A DNA stretch of 64,000 nt from Convolutriloba macropyga (taxonomy: Eukaryota). Within the stretch, counting starts at the first letter, position 1. The number at the start of each line of letters is the position of its first letter. The notes beneath the pieces were generated by a model. That model was not told the DNA's origin and ran no database searches. It saw only the letters and a program-made list of their open reading frames with translations. The translations under genes and the position numbers were made by a program. The DNA is taken from NCBI RefSeq assembly GCF_964194025.1, contig NC_134475.1:48856001-48920000 (forward strand), in the 5' to 3' direction. This document shows positions 52,691 to 64,000 of this stretch, in pieces.

Positions 52691-55089
52691 AAAAGCTCTT
52701 GACCGAATATAGTTGGATTTCAGAAAACTGAACGCAGACACCTTCTGGGTCTAGGATATTTATGATTCGAGTATAGATATGGGGAAAAAGTTGCCCAATT
52801 AAAAAAACAAAATTAAAAAAATGAAATGGAGTTGCAGATTTCACATTTACAATGGGTAAAGTCATTCGAATCCTTTTTTCATGCGAAGTCTTGAAAGATA
52901 GATTAGTCTGAAAAATTATAGAAAAATAAAGAAAGCGCTATCTGGAATTCATAGCAACTATTCGTCAGAAAAGCACTTTATGACACTCGAACGAATTGCA
53001 GTTTCAAAAATTTCCATGAATTTTTTTGTTGTCCTAGGGTTCTGTCGGCAGAAAAAATTCTGTCGAAGTTCGCAATGAACGAGATTTTTTTTCAGTAGGT
53101 TTTGGAGACAAACTAGAAACACTCTGATTTTGAATAAGGGGAAGTTTTGTTCTTTGAATGCTATAAAGTTTTTGTGTTTCGTGAAACAATTAAAAAACAG
53201 ATGAAACTGGATATTTATAACAGCATTGGTATTGTTTAATATGAGAAGGTACTTGAGTATGCTGTTAGTTGCCATATAGTGAATATTTTAGTTGTGTTTG
53301 CTCTTTTTGTGCTGCGACCCTTTTATGTTTTTTCGCAGAAACTAACATCAGATCTGAGGGCCATATTATGCAAGGTAACTCGTAAGAGGCTGCAAAAAAA
53401 TGTGAATTGATGGAAAATTAATCAGATTTCAAATATTAGAACTGAAATAATTCTGATCGTTTGGCGTACTAGAAAAAGAAAACATAGTTGAAATAAATGA
53501 ATTGTGACNNNNNNNNNNNNNNNNNNNNNNNNNNNNNNNNNNNNNNNNNNNNNNNNNNNNNNNNNNNNNNNNNNNNNNNNNNNNNNNNNNNNNNNNNNNN
53601 NNNNNNNNNNNNNNNNNNNNNNNNNNNNNNNNNNNNNNNNNNNNNNNNNNNNNNNNNNNNNNNNNNNNNNNNNNNNNNNNNNNNNNNNNNNNNNNNNNNN
53701 NNNNNNNNNNNNNNNNNNNNNNNNNNNNNNNNNNNNNNNNNNNNNNNNNNNNNNNNNNNNNNNNNNNNNNNNNNNNNNNNNNNNNNNNNNNNNNNNNNNN
53801 NNNNNNNNNNNNNNNNNNNNNNNNNNNNNNNNNNNNNNNNNNNNNNNNNNNNNNNNNNNNNNNNNNNNNNNNNNNNNNNNNNNNNNNNNNNNNNNNGTGA
53901 AAAAACAAAAAGAAGATGAATTAATAAGTATGTTATGCAAAAGATTGAACTTTTAGGTAGAAAGGTTCCAAAGAGTGGTTAGCTCATGTGGTGGGTTTGG
54001 CGTTCACTGAATGAATAAAATTTCTTTTTTGGTCCGTACCGAATATTGTTTATACGACCCTGGTACATTAACCAAAGCAACAATGAAACATCAATTTTGT
54101 TGATTTTGCTTAATGCCGGAGCTTTGTCTATTCGAAAATATAGTTTGTTTTTCTGACACCTATCAGCCTTGTGTCAGCCATAAATGAGGTAAAAAGCTAA
54201 ATTTTAAACTTAATATTCAATCTTGAAGACCAAGGTTTTCAGTACTCATTTTTAAAACGTATGACAATCACACGGCCCCAATTTAATAAAAAATAGTTTG
54301 TAACAAGCACTCAAAAAAATCAACCAATGTTTTCATATATCTTTTGTTACATGAATGTCTTAATAGAGGAAAAGTTTTTAATATTAATATAAAAAATTTT
54401 AGGGTCAATTTTTGTTGTTCAGAATTCTATCGGTTGTAATTCTCTAGCCCAAAAAAACTCTATGTTTTTTGCGCTGCATCATTGGACAGAATTTTTAATG
54501 CCCGATTGATGATCTTGAAGAACTCTTGAGTTCCCACCAACATCAGGTTTACTCAATAAGTGCTAATCTTGTGGTAATTTTTCTCGAATTCATCTTCAGT
54601 AGCAGAATCTTCACCAACAAGATCTCATACAGCGTAGCAATTAATTTTCTGTTTGTTAAAATCTCGAAAAGATCTCCCTCAGTCGTAGTCGTTTTTGTTT
54701 GTGCTTTCCTGTTTTTCAAGTTATTCTTTTGTCTATCAACTACTGTAAATTTTCATCGACATTTGTCGGCCATGTACTGGTTGTAATGTTGTAGCTTTTA
54801 AAACTCTGACCGCAATTGATCGATCTCTTTCTCCAGTTTCTCGGCGGCTTCGTTGTTTTAAATAGCGTTGACTTAAAATCGGCCAACTTATCTTTCAATA
54901 AATTAATTTTTTTCTACTGCTTGATATTTATGCCTAGCGCTGCCTTTGGATAATCTCTTAGCGCCTCACACTCGTCGCCGAGTTTTTCTTTGCTTCTTTC
55001 AATGCTTCTTTGGACTTATCACAGTGGTTCTTTAATTTGTGTCGAAGCTCGACATGCTTTTTATTAAATAAAGAGTTAGTGCTTTCCTG

Positions 55090-56308
55090 CGTTTATCAGG
55101 TTGTTGCAAAGAGGCTTTACAAAAACTTTGACGCCGTTTTCCGAGGGATGGAGGTCATCTGTGTGAAAATAGTCATGATTGTTTTGAAACCCGGCATTCA
55201 AATCAATCCGGGTAGGTTTTTTGTGCGATAGGTCACTCACTTTGAAACTGAGCTGCATAGTTGCTTGTTGAATTTATTGACACTAACATTTCCCTTTTCT
55301 CCACAGGCTCCAAGCGGTATTAGAGTGCAGATTGATGAAATCTCTCGTGTGAATTTGTAAGCGCATGTATTTTTAAGCTTTTCGTATGCCGTAATTGATT
55401 CTTTAATGTCGAATGCAACTTTTTGACAATCGTTGATTCCAATTAGAGTTGCTACCTCTTTCACTTTTTTGCTCTGGTGTTTGCAGCTATCTCAAGCAGT
55501 CCTGAGATATTATGACCCCGAAGCCGGTGGCCTACACATTTGGTTCAATTTGCCTCCTGTCAGTTTTGTTGGTGATTTTATCTTTGATTATTAATGCCTC
55601 TGTAGTGCCGTTCTTTGGGATAGCTAAATGTCGTCTATAGGCATGAATTATTCTGGCAATTTGTGTAGGGTCAGTTTTCATTTTTTTAGCTTTATTGTTT
55701 AATCAACAACCGTTTTCTTCCTTCAATACTCTTTTCAAACAAGTCCTGGACTCAGAAACGGTCTATGATAAATTTTCTGACACACAATTATAATCGGTCG
55801 AGATTATTACAGACCGAAGTGAAACTGCAAAGCCAGTGCATTATGGCTAACACAAGGCTGGCACAAGGCTGATACAAGGCTGATAGCAGCAGGGAAAACA
55901 GAAAAAAAAACATGCGTTTTGCTAGCAATTTGTGTTGGGTCAGTTTTTTTGCACGAGCTTTTGAATTGATCTGCATATGTTGTCGATTGTCCGCTGGATG
56001 TTGTTCTTGCTCCAATTGATGTTGCAGTTCTAATCTGAAATAGAACGCTGAATTGGAACTCGGCGCTGAGTTTTCCATTGCTTCTTTTAATGCCTCTTTG
56101 ACTTTAACAAAACGTTTCTCTAATTTTTTGTAGAAGATCGACATGATCTTTTTAAAGTTATTGGTAAGGGCTCTCGATTTTTTTAGCTGCTTGCACTGGC
56201 TTTGCAGCTTCACTTCGGTCTGTAATAATTTCGACCGATTGTAATTGGGTGTCAGAAAATTCATCATAGACGGTTTCTGAGTCCAGGACTTGTTTGATAA
56301 GAGTATTG
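55090..56308 (-). mobile_element. Second, rearranged copy of the esterase-type LINE ORF1
   Basis: Homologous to 51880-52690 (TDDLHPSENG, GINDCQKVAFDI); ~117-bp inverted copy of its 5' part at 55723-55840. Confidence 0.75.
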
Positions 56309-57008
56309 NNNNNNNNNNNNNNNNNNNNNNNNNNNNNNNNNNNNNNNNNNNNNNNNNNNNNNNNNNNNNNNNNNNNNNNNNNNNNNNNNNNNNNNNNNNN
56401 NNNNNNNNNNNNNNNNNNNNNNNNNNNNNNNNNNNNNNNNNNNNNNNNNNNNNNNNNNNNNNNNNNNNNNNNNNNNNTAAGAGAAAACCATAATGAAGCG
56501 TAATTAATAAGTATGTTTTAAATATTTTTCTTTCTGTTTTCCCTCCGACTATCAGCCTTGCATCAGCCTTGTGTCAACCTTGTGTTAGCCATAAATCAGA
56601 TAAAGTTCAAACTTAATATTCAAACTTGAAGCCCAAAATTTTTAGTACTTTTTTCAAACGTGTGACACTCACACGAACCCCTTTTAATAAGCATAGTGTG
56701 TAACACGCACGTGAAAAGTATCAACCAATGTTTTCCTATACCTTTGTTTCATGAATGTCCTGCAGAGAAAAAGTATTAAATATTCATATAGAAGATTTCA
56801 ATGTCAATTTCTGTCGTTCAAAGTATTTTGGCCTCCTCACGCCCAACAAAGTTCTATGTTTCTCGCGCTACAACTTTGGACAGAATTTACAATGCCCCTT
56901 TGATGATCTTGTAGAACTCTTGAGCATCAGGGTGGCTAAATAGGTGCTAATCTTGAGGTAATTTTTCCTGATATGCTCTTCAGTAGCAGAAGTCTTCTAC
57001 CAAAAAAT

Positions 57009-57420
57009 GTCCGCTATTTCAAATTTGTTAGTTAGTAATCTTTAAACTAATCAAATTTTGCAACTCAGTTAATGTAGTGAAATTATTTTCTTTCTCTCCA
57101 ATTGAATTAAATAAATTCCAGAGTTTCTTCTCAATTTCCAGAAATTCAAAACAATGTCATGAATAATCTGTCAGCAAGTTCAAGTGTTTGCAATGTCAAA
57201 TTAATTTTTTGTAAATGAAGTGCTAAGTTTCGAGTGCAATGCCATCAATTGATATCAATATATTAAACATTACGAAATCATCCTTGCATTGATAAATGAA
57301 ATGCCACGGCCAAAATGACAAGGTTTTAACGAAATCATTTGCATTGTACTAATTCTTGTCGAAACAGTACACACTTTTCTCATTGCATTTCATGAATTTG
57401 ATATCGGTTACAATAAGAGA
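57009..57420 (-). repeat. Near-identical duplicate of LINE segment 50533-50944, abutting the 200-N gap
   Basis: Only one difference seen by eye (CATATGC vs CATTTGC). Confidence 0.85.
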
Positions 57421-57620
57421 NNNNNNNNNNNNNNNNNNNNNNNNNNNNNNNNNNNNNNNNNNNNNNNNNNNNNNNNNNNNNNNNNNNNNNNNNNNNNNNN
57501 NNNNNNNNNNNNNNNNNNNNNNNNNNNNNNNNNNNNNNNNNNNNNNNNNNNNNNNNNNNNNNNNNNNNNNNNNNNNNNNNNNNNNNNNNNNNNNNNNNNN
57601 NNNNNNNNNNNNNNNNNNNN
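57421..57620. other. Scaffolding gap (exactly 200 N); other gaps at 53509-53896 and 56309-56477
   Basis: N runs in sequence. Confidence 0.99.
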
Positions 57621-57885
57621 TGTCCCACGTGACAAACCTCGTTTTTTTGCATTTGTTTGGAATATTTGTATTTGTCAAACCAAGAGGTTAAGTATTTAGA
57701 TGTATACTTTCTATAATTCGTTTTTAGCTAGCGTTAAGATTTGAGAAAAGTTAAGACTGTCGTTTTTCGGAAGCGAAAAATATAGCTGCAATTCAATGAA
57801 TCGTTAATCTTGGCTTTTATCTAATTTTTGTTATTTTACTTATCATTATTTTCAAATGGTCAAATGGATGTTATTTTTTTTTCAG

Positions 57886-58368
57886 GTGGACTACTTCAGA
57901 AAGACGCAAGACCACCAGTCTGATTCAGAATACCAACAGCAACAGCTCAGATCCAATATTGAGTCCAGGTACAGATTGCATTTTCAGAAAAAAATGTGAT
58001 ATCCGGACTTCCATGCGTTCTCCAGTGTAATATACAGCATGCATAAATTTAAATCTACCATACTGCGGCTGTCTTAGTATTTTTTTTCAAATGACGGGCT
58101 CATCTAAACGTTTTCATAACTGATTTCAACTCAAAAACGGCAATTTTACTCATCTTTATTAACGCAAACTTTTGAGTTTAATTTATGCATTTATAATTGA
58201 GGCTTGGAAGAAATCATGACAATAAAACAACGATAAGAGGATTGCTGTGATGGCTTGATTAATTTGGTGCAGGTTGCTGGAAGTGAGGGATTCTCTGGTT
58301 GATCTGAGAAACCGATTCTTGAAGGAGGAGTCAGAGAGACGCAACACAGAACAGGCACTCACTAAAAG
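57886..58368 (+). CDS. Two internal exons of a coiled-coil protein (57886-57968, 58273-58368)
   Basis: TTTTTCAG|GTG...TCCAG|GTACAG and GTGCAG|G...AAAAG|GTAAAA. Spliced: VDYFRKTQDHQSDSEYQQQQLRSNIESRLLEVRDSLVDLRNRFLKEESERRNTEQALTK. Confidence 0.75.
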
Positions 58369-60548
58369 GTAAAAGATTTAAATTATCTGTATTCATTTAC
58401 TTGTATCTGAAATTTAGTAAAATCGCGCTCAAGATCTTTCCCAGATATCTGAGTAAGGATGAGCATCATGAATAAATCAGTTTAATGACTTCAGTTATAG
58501 TAACGTTCTTCAAATTGGCCTCATGTAGTTCTATCTGCAAACGCACACTAAACCTCCTCTGATTAAATTATACATTTTTTGTTCTCCAGGCCGTTTGCAA
58601 CTTTTTATTATCATTAGTGATTTCCTCTAACTGTTTCTTTTTGGTTTGGTGGAACAGTGTAAAAGTTTTAAGTCCACTTTGATTAAATTTTCTGGATGTA
58701 CCCACGCACACACCATTAACACCATCATTGTAGACTCAAAAGAGGGTTATTTCCACATGAGCTTCCGTTGAAAGTGCTCTCTAATTAAAACTTTGCAGTT
58801 CTTGCTTACTTTACTCGTTGATTATCAAAAAGCAGCATTTTTTAAAATTTTTTAACCAACAATTTATCTATATCTATAACATTCAAAAAAGTTTTCATAA
58901 TAGACGAACAGCGTTAGCAGGATTAGTTTTGGGCCAATCTTGGACTGTTACAGTCTAAAACTAATTCGGATTGTAATCAGTCGGTCTTTTTTTAAATTAA
59001 ATTAGTCGATCGTTTTTTGTATTAATTAAAGAACGGAACCTTTCAAATCAATGCACAGAAGTGATGGGTTTAAATGGATTCCTATGCAGCTTCAAACTAA
59101 TGCATCTAGCTTTTTACTTGAAAGCTTATGGTCGTTTTGACATTTTAAAAAATATTTGATTTTTAAATAGGTAATGGCTTATTGAACTTTGCCTCCATTC
59201 TTTATTTTTAATTTGGTCAATTTGAAGCTTAGTGTCAGCAAAGAATTAATGCTTTCTCTTGCTCTTCCTTTTACTAAATTAAGATTTACTCTTTTTTGCA
59301 GTTTGATGCTTTAAGTTATGGTTTTCTGTCTTTGATACTACTAGATTTTACGACTTTTTTATTAAAAATTTACATTTTTGCCCATTTTTCACGTTTTCTA
59401 GTTTTGTCACATTATCACGTTATTGACAAAATTTTTATCCTTGTTCAAAACTTTTTATCTTTGTTCTCTTATAGTGGGAGATGCAATAGTTTTTCAATTA
59501 AAAAAGCTTTTACAAGACAGTTTGGAACTCCAAAATTTTCAATAAATATTTTCGAGAAGATATTTAACCAGTTATTGTAGCCGTGTGAGTCCTTGAACAA
59601 CTCCAGAGAAGAAAAACCGATTTTCTACAGGTTTTTACGATTCGAAGAGAAGTACTACTATTCTACAAGTTTGTCTTCTCTGAATCAATTTCTTACTACA
59701 TCGCTTTCGACTTTGAACAAATAAATCTGTTTTTGAGTACTAACATTAGAAATTAGGGTACTTAGAAATTAAAAATTAGAAATTAGAAATTACGGCTGTA
59801 ATAATCATTTTGTTAGTAAGCCAAGTAGCCTTCAAGTTCAAAATGTCTTTCTGTGAAGCTTTGACTCCCTAACAATTCCTTGACTCCACCCCCAATCGAG
59901 GACCCCCAAATACCCCCCCCCCCTCATACCATTCAACTTTCGACACTTCCTCCTCCTTCATTTTTATGCCGCCAATTACACCAACCCCAATAACTATGCA
60001 ACCTCTCCTGCCTTATCACCAAAGCTTTATTATCAATTTTAGTTAAATTTGTTTTTAAAAACAATTTCTGGAGTATTTTTAAGCAGTAAAGTTTTAAATT
60101 TCTTCTCTTTTTACTCTAAATTGTGTTTGATGGGCAACGCTAGTTCAACTATTTACATTGCACAATTCCAAAGTTTTTTCCAATTAGAAATTATGCGTTA
60201 TATAACGTGTTGCAAAATAAAGCGTGTAAAAAATAGCACGTACGCCTGGGGGGAATTAAAAGTTTTTTTTGCAAATGTTTGCTCGACTGTTTCTGATTTC
60301 TACTCAGTCTCTTGATTGGTTTTGTACATTTTGACGGATTTGACCAACTGTTTTCTCTGTGATTGAAATTTCTTCCTAAGTCAAAATCGTGATTACAAAA
60401 AACTGTAAAAGTACACTGAAAGCTGCTTCTTTTTTTCTTTCAATCTTATTGTTTGTGTATGTCAATTACATAAAAGAAGCTATATCATTGGCCTGTTTAC
60501 GTTATTTTTAGTATAAATCAGCTTTTTTGCTCGTAGTGCTGCTGTATT

Positions 60549-60761
60549 CCCGGATCTATGTGTCATAACAAATCAGTACTGAATCATAGAATTTCCATTA
60601 TGATTTTTACTATGACCAGAGTTCTGATCATGGCACTTTTTAAGACATTTCATAGAAAAATTCATAGTAAAATTCTGAATTTTTTATGAACATAATGATT
60701 TTTTCTCTACTCTTGGAATCTACTGATTCAATAATGAAAATCTATGACACTCGGGTCCGGG
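60549..60761. mobile_element. CACTA/EnSpm-like MITE (CCC termini, 2-bp TSD TT)
   Basis: TIR CCCGGA(TCTAT/CCCGA)GTGTCATA. Interrupts a repeat (60460-60822) whose empty copy is at 1833-1977 in reverse orientation, revealing the TT duplication. Confidence 0.75.
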
Positions 60762-62588
60762 TTACCGAATATAAAAATCACGATCGTTCGTTTATAATAA
60801 TTATTAAAAAATCTTGAACCTGGTCCCCCGGACTTGAGTCGCAGAGCTTTTCAGCGCTGAACCAGCACATTTCAGGAGTAAAAATTTAATTCAGTTCTGA
60901 AACATTGTATATCCCGAATATTTTAAGTTTCTTTATGTGCAGTATTTCTTCAACATGATTAATTTGAGGCCATAGAAATCGAACAGGCTAAACTGATCCT
61001 GTATAGTCTGAAAATTACTCATACCCCAAAATAAGTCTGAGCAGAGCAATGTCATACTTTTGTAGCTTATAACTAGTAATTACTATAGTAGTATACACAC
61101 TATTTATTTTTCAGCCGATTTGTAGGCAATTACAACAAAGCCCATTTAACTCAGTGGTTACGACTTGCTACGCAAATTAAATGTTACAAATACCCACGCG
61201 GAAGTTCAAATCGCGTATAAAACAAACCATGTTGGCGGGAGTTAAGCTGAACATATTATTTATCATGAAGCAAATTTTACTAAAAAATCAGACTGGCCAG
61301 CGTAGTGGTCATAGTGACATGAACAGAGTACTGGTCATCCTAAAAAACAGAATGCATTGCTGATTCAGCGCTGATTTGCTCTGCCACCAACCTCCGGGTT
61401 CCCACTTGATACAATGCAATCAAACCCCATCCAGTTGTTCGAGAATAAATGTTACGCTTCATTTTGTTTCAAATTTTATATACACAAAAAGTGGTCTTTA
61501 TTTGACACCGCAAAACTTAATCTTTTTTAAAAGCTTTTTAAAGCATTTTTTCAAAAAGCTGCTTTTTAAAAGCTGCCAATTTATTAAACAAAGATTCTTT
61601 TTTTAGATGATAAAATTGTCCAAATCCTCAAAAAAGCAAAAAATTGTTCTATTTTTCGAGTTTGTATTTAATATATGCTGTAACTTCTTTCAAGTCAAAT
61701 TCACTTCATTTTGTTCATATTTAAAAATGAATTGAGAAAATGTATATATAGCTTATTCAGAAATACATTTACAAAAATTATCATCCGATTCACGTGAACT
61801 GAAAATTAATGTCTTTTGGAAGAGCGCGATCGACTGCTACAAATTATCAATAAAGTTTTCATTTTTTACAAGGTTTTGTATATACGCTATTTCTGCTTGA
61901 TAAAAGTATAATTTAGCTGTGAGAATAGCTATCAATCTCAGTCGAAATTGCATGAAATTTCAAAACCCACCTTAAATCATTAGTTTGATCTATTCTTTAA
62001 TCTCAATTCAATCACAATAATTTTGCGTCTTTGTCTTTCTATGCCATCCCTTTGTTCAAAAAGAAATAACTTTGTAGTTCAGACAGTTCTGTAGAAAACA
62101 TAGGATGTAGTGAGTTGAATTTTGTCAAACACGAATGAAGGAGTGTTCTGATTTTTTGGAATGTTCTGAAAATATCAGAAAAGGTTTTAAATTGAAACCG
62201 TTTTCGACCAAAAACCAAAACTGTGTCTTGCGCAAATGTCATTTGACATGAAAAGATGATTAAATGATTTTTCACCCAAAATCGCTCCTGATGAAATGCC
62301 AATGGGATGACAAAGGACCCAATGTGTTACAAAAAACCAAGATGTAACCAAGATGTCATAATACATCTTTTACCCATCTAATTTTTGTCGGAATTCGATG
62401 TTGGAATGTGATCTTAGTTTCCGCAGTGATAGTTTAATTCTAAATAGCACGGGTTACTGCGAGGCATGGCCATGGCCCGTGAAACATGGCCAATTGAACC
62501 GGTCTTACGGTTCAAGCTTTGTAAATATACTTTAATACAGCATATTATGCTAAATAAACTCTCTGATAGTTTTGAACAATCGGAGCAA

Positions 62589-63129
62589 CCCGGGTCGAGG
62601 TTTGGCGGTGAATTTTTGTAAGAAAAGCGCTGAAATGCGGAGAAAAATATAATTTTCACTGCGTATTTCGTATATATTTTTGCGGTGAATGCGGTGAATG
62701 CGGTGAATTGCGGTGAATTATTTTTTTTCACCGCGTTTTCACTATTCTAACGAAAAAGAATTGTCCGCACACGGGTTCGAACATCTGACCTCCTGCATGC
62801 CTTCCACTGCTTAGTCCACTGCTCCGAATGTCAATTACATCTTTGAAAGTTCTTTTGAATTTGAATGCGCTGAAATGTGGTGAATTATTTTTTTCAACGC
62901 ATTCGCCTCTTTCACCGCATTTCTTACATTATTTTGCCACAAAAGTCGATGCGGTGAATTATTGTAAGAAATGGTTTGAATTTTGCGATGAATTTTGGTA
63001 AGAAATGCGGTGAAATGCGGTGAAATACTTATTTTCACCGCTTTCACCGCAATCACTGCATTTCTTACAAGAATTCACCGCATTCACCGCATTTCTTGCA
63101 AAAATTTACCCAAAAAACCTCGACCCGGG
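62589..63129. mobile_element. CACTA/EnSpm-like MITE (541 bp, 2-bp TSD AA)
   Basis: Perfect TIR CCCGGGTCGAGGTTT; many subterminal GCGGTGAA / TTCACCGC motifs. Confidence 0.85.
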
Positions 63130-63627
63130 AAATAATGTGTGTGTTTTGGCATATTGGGTTTTCATCATAGGATATTTTGTTCTGATAGTGAGAAGGAGTT
63201 TTATGATATGTAAAAGAAGACTGAATATTACACTAAAGCGACTGCATTTAATTTTTTGTCTTAACATGTAAGCTGATGGTTCATCAAATGCTGGATGACA
63301 GAACAAAATGCGCAATGCCAGAATCCCCAATGACAAAATTCCCAATCTAACAAAATACCTAATATATGCTGTTTTTACCCATTAAATGAATTTACCAGAA
63401 TTACTATTGAGATAATTTAAAGTAAACTAAAGTATACTTTCCAAGTTTTAAAGTTTATGCTTAGCTCGTTTGTCCATGCCTCGCGGGTCTTGTCCGTACC
63501 TGAGTGACCCGTGAGACTTGACATGAAGCTATAGCAGCCAAACATGGGATTAAATTATCAGCTTATCAAAAAACATGATGCTAATACTGATTGCTAATTT
63601 CTAATCGTATGTAACCAAGTGCATTAT

Positions 63628-64000
63628 TAATAGCCGCGTCCTCAATTCCAGGCAGCTATTATAGCGCTCCTATTTTTTTTCCGACTCGAAGAGGAGTATT
63701 GGAGAAGTCCTTCTTTTTAATCAATTTTATTGGAGTAATTTTTGAAGCGGAAAATGTAACGCTTGAAAAAAATTGGGAGGGATTTTGGTGCTGAACAAAA
63801 GTGAAGAGCGGAGCGAAAAGAGAGTGGTTTTTGTTCATACCGCTGTTTTTGAGAGAGCGAGAAATTGATGTGTAAAAATTTTTTCTCTTAGCAAGCGAAA
63901 TTTTTTTTGTTCACGTGCGGCTTTTAAAAGCAGTTGTTTTGCAACTTTTGATGGTTATGAGGTTTGAGTATGACATTATATTAGTTTTAGGCTTGTTTTT
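63628..64000 (+). mobile_element. Diverged HINE-like family 1 relative (5' part)
   Basis: TAATAGCCGC...GCTATTATAGCGCTCCTATTTTT start; internal GGAGCGAAAA...GAGTGGTTTT and TTTTTGTTCAC.TGCGGC match the spacer of the 943-bp unit. Confidence 0.6.

Noticed and set aside
53422-57691. Long ORFs full of X
   Set aside because: Artefacts of translating N gaps.

Overview
AT-rich, repeat-dense eukaryotic (animal-like, spliceosomal GT-AG introns) genomic scaffold with three N gaps (53509-53896, 56309-56477 and an exactly 200-N gap at 57421-57620). Two multi-exon genes sit head-to-head about 1.3 kb apart: a minus-strand coiled-coil gene (exons 23010-22743, 18083-17887, 17144-17029, 13153-12961) and a plus-strand FAM161-family gene (ATG 24291, exons to about 44470). 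An intronless Lifeguard/TMBIM gene (35890-36600, minus) is nested antisense in a FAM161 intron. Two plus-strand exons beyond the 200-N gap (57886-58368) read in phase as the continuation of the minus-strand gene, suggesting a mis-oriented contig or a real inversion. The remainder is mobile DNA: a decayed full-length Ty1/copia element (TSD CTTAC, half-tRNA-iMet-type PBS) whose PPT+3'LTR+flank is tandemly duplicated; three Helentron/HINE-like families, one forming a 943-bp tandem array; Merlin-like and CACTA/EnSpm-like MITEs; CR1/L2-type LINE fragments with SGNH-esterase ORF1; and two convergent Penelope-like fragments with minimal hammerhead ribozymes between them. All calls are from manual reading and alignment; no searches were run.
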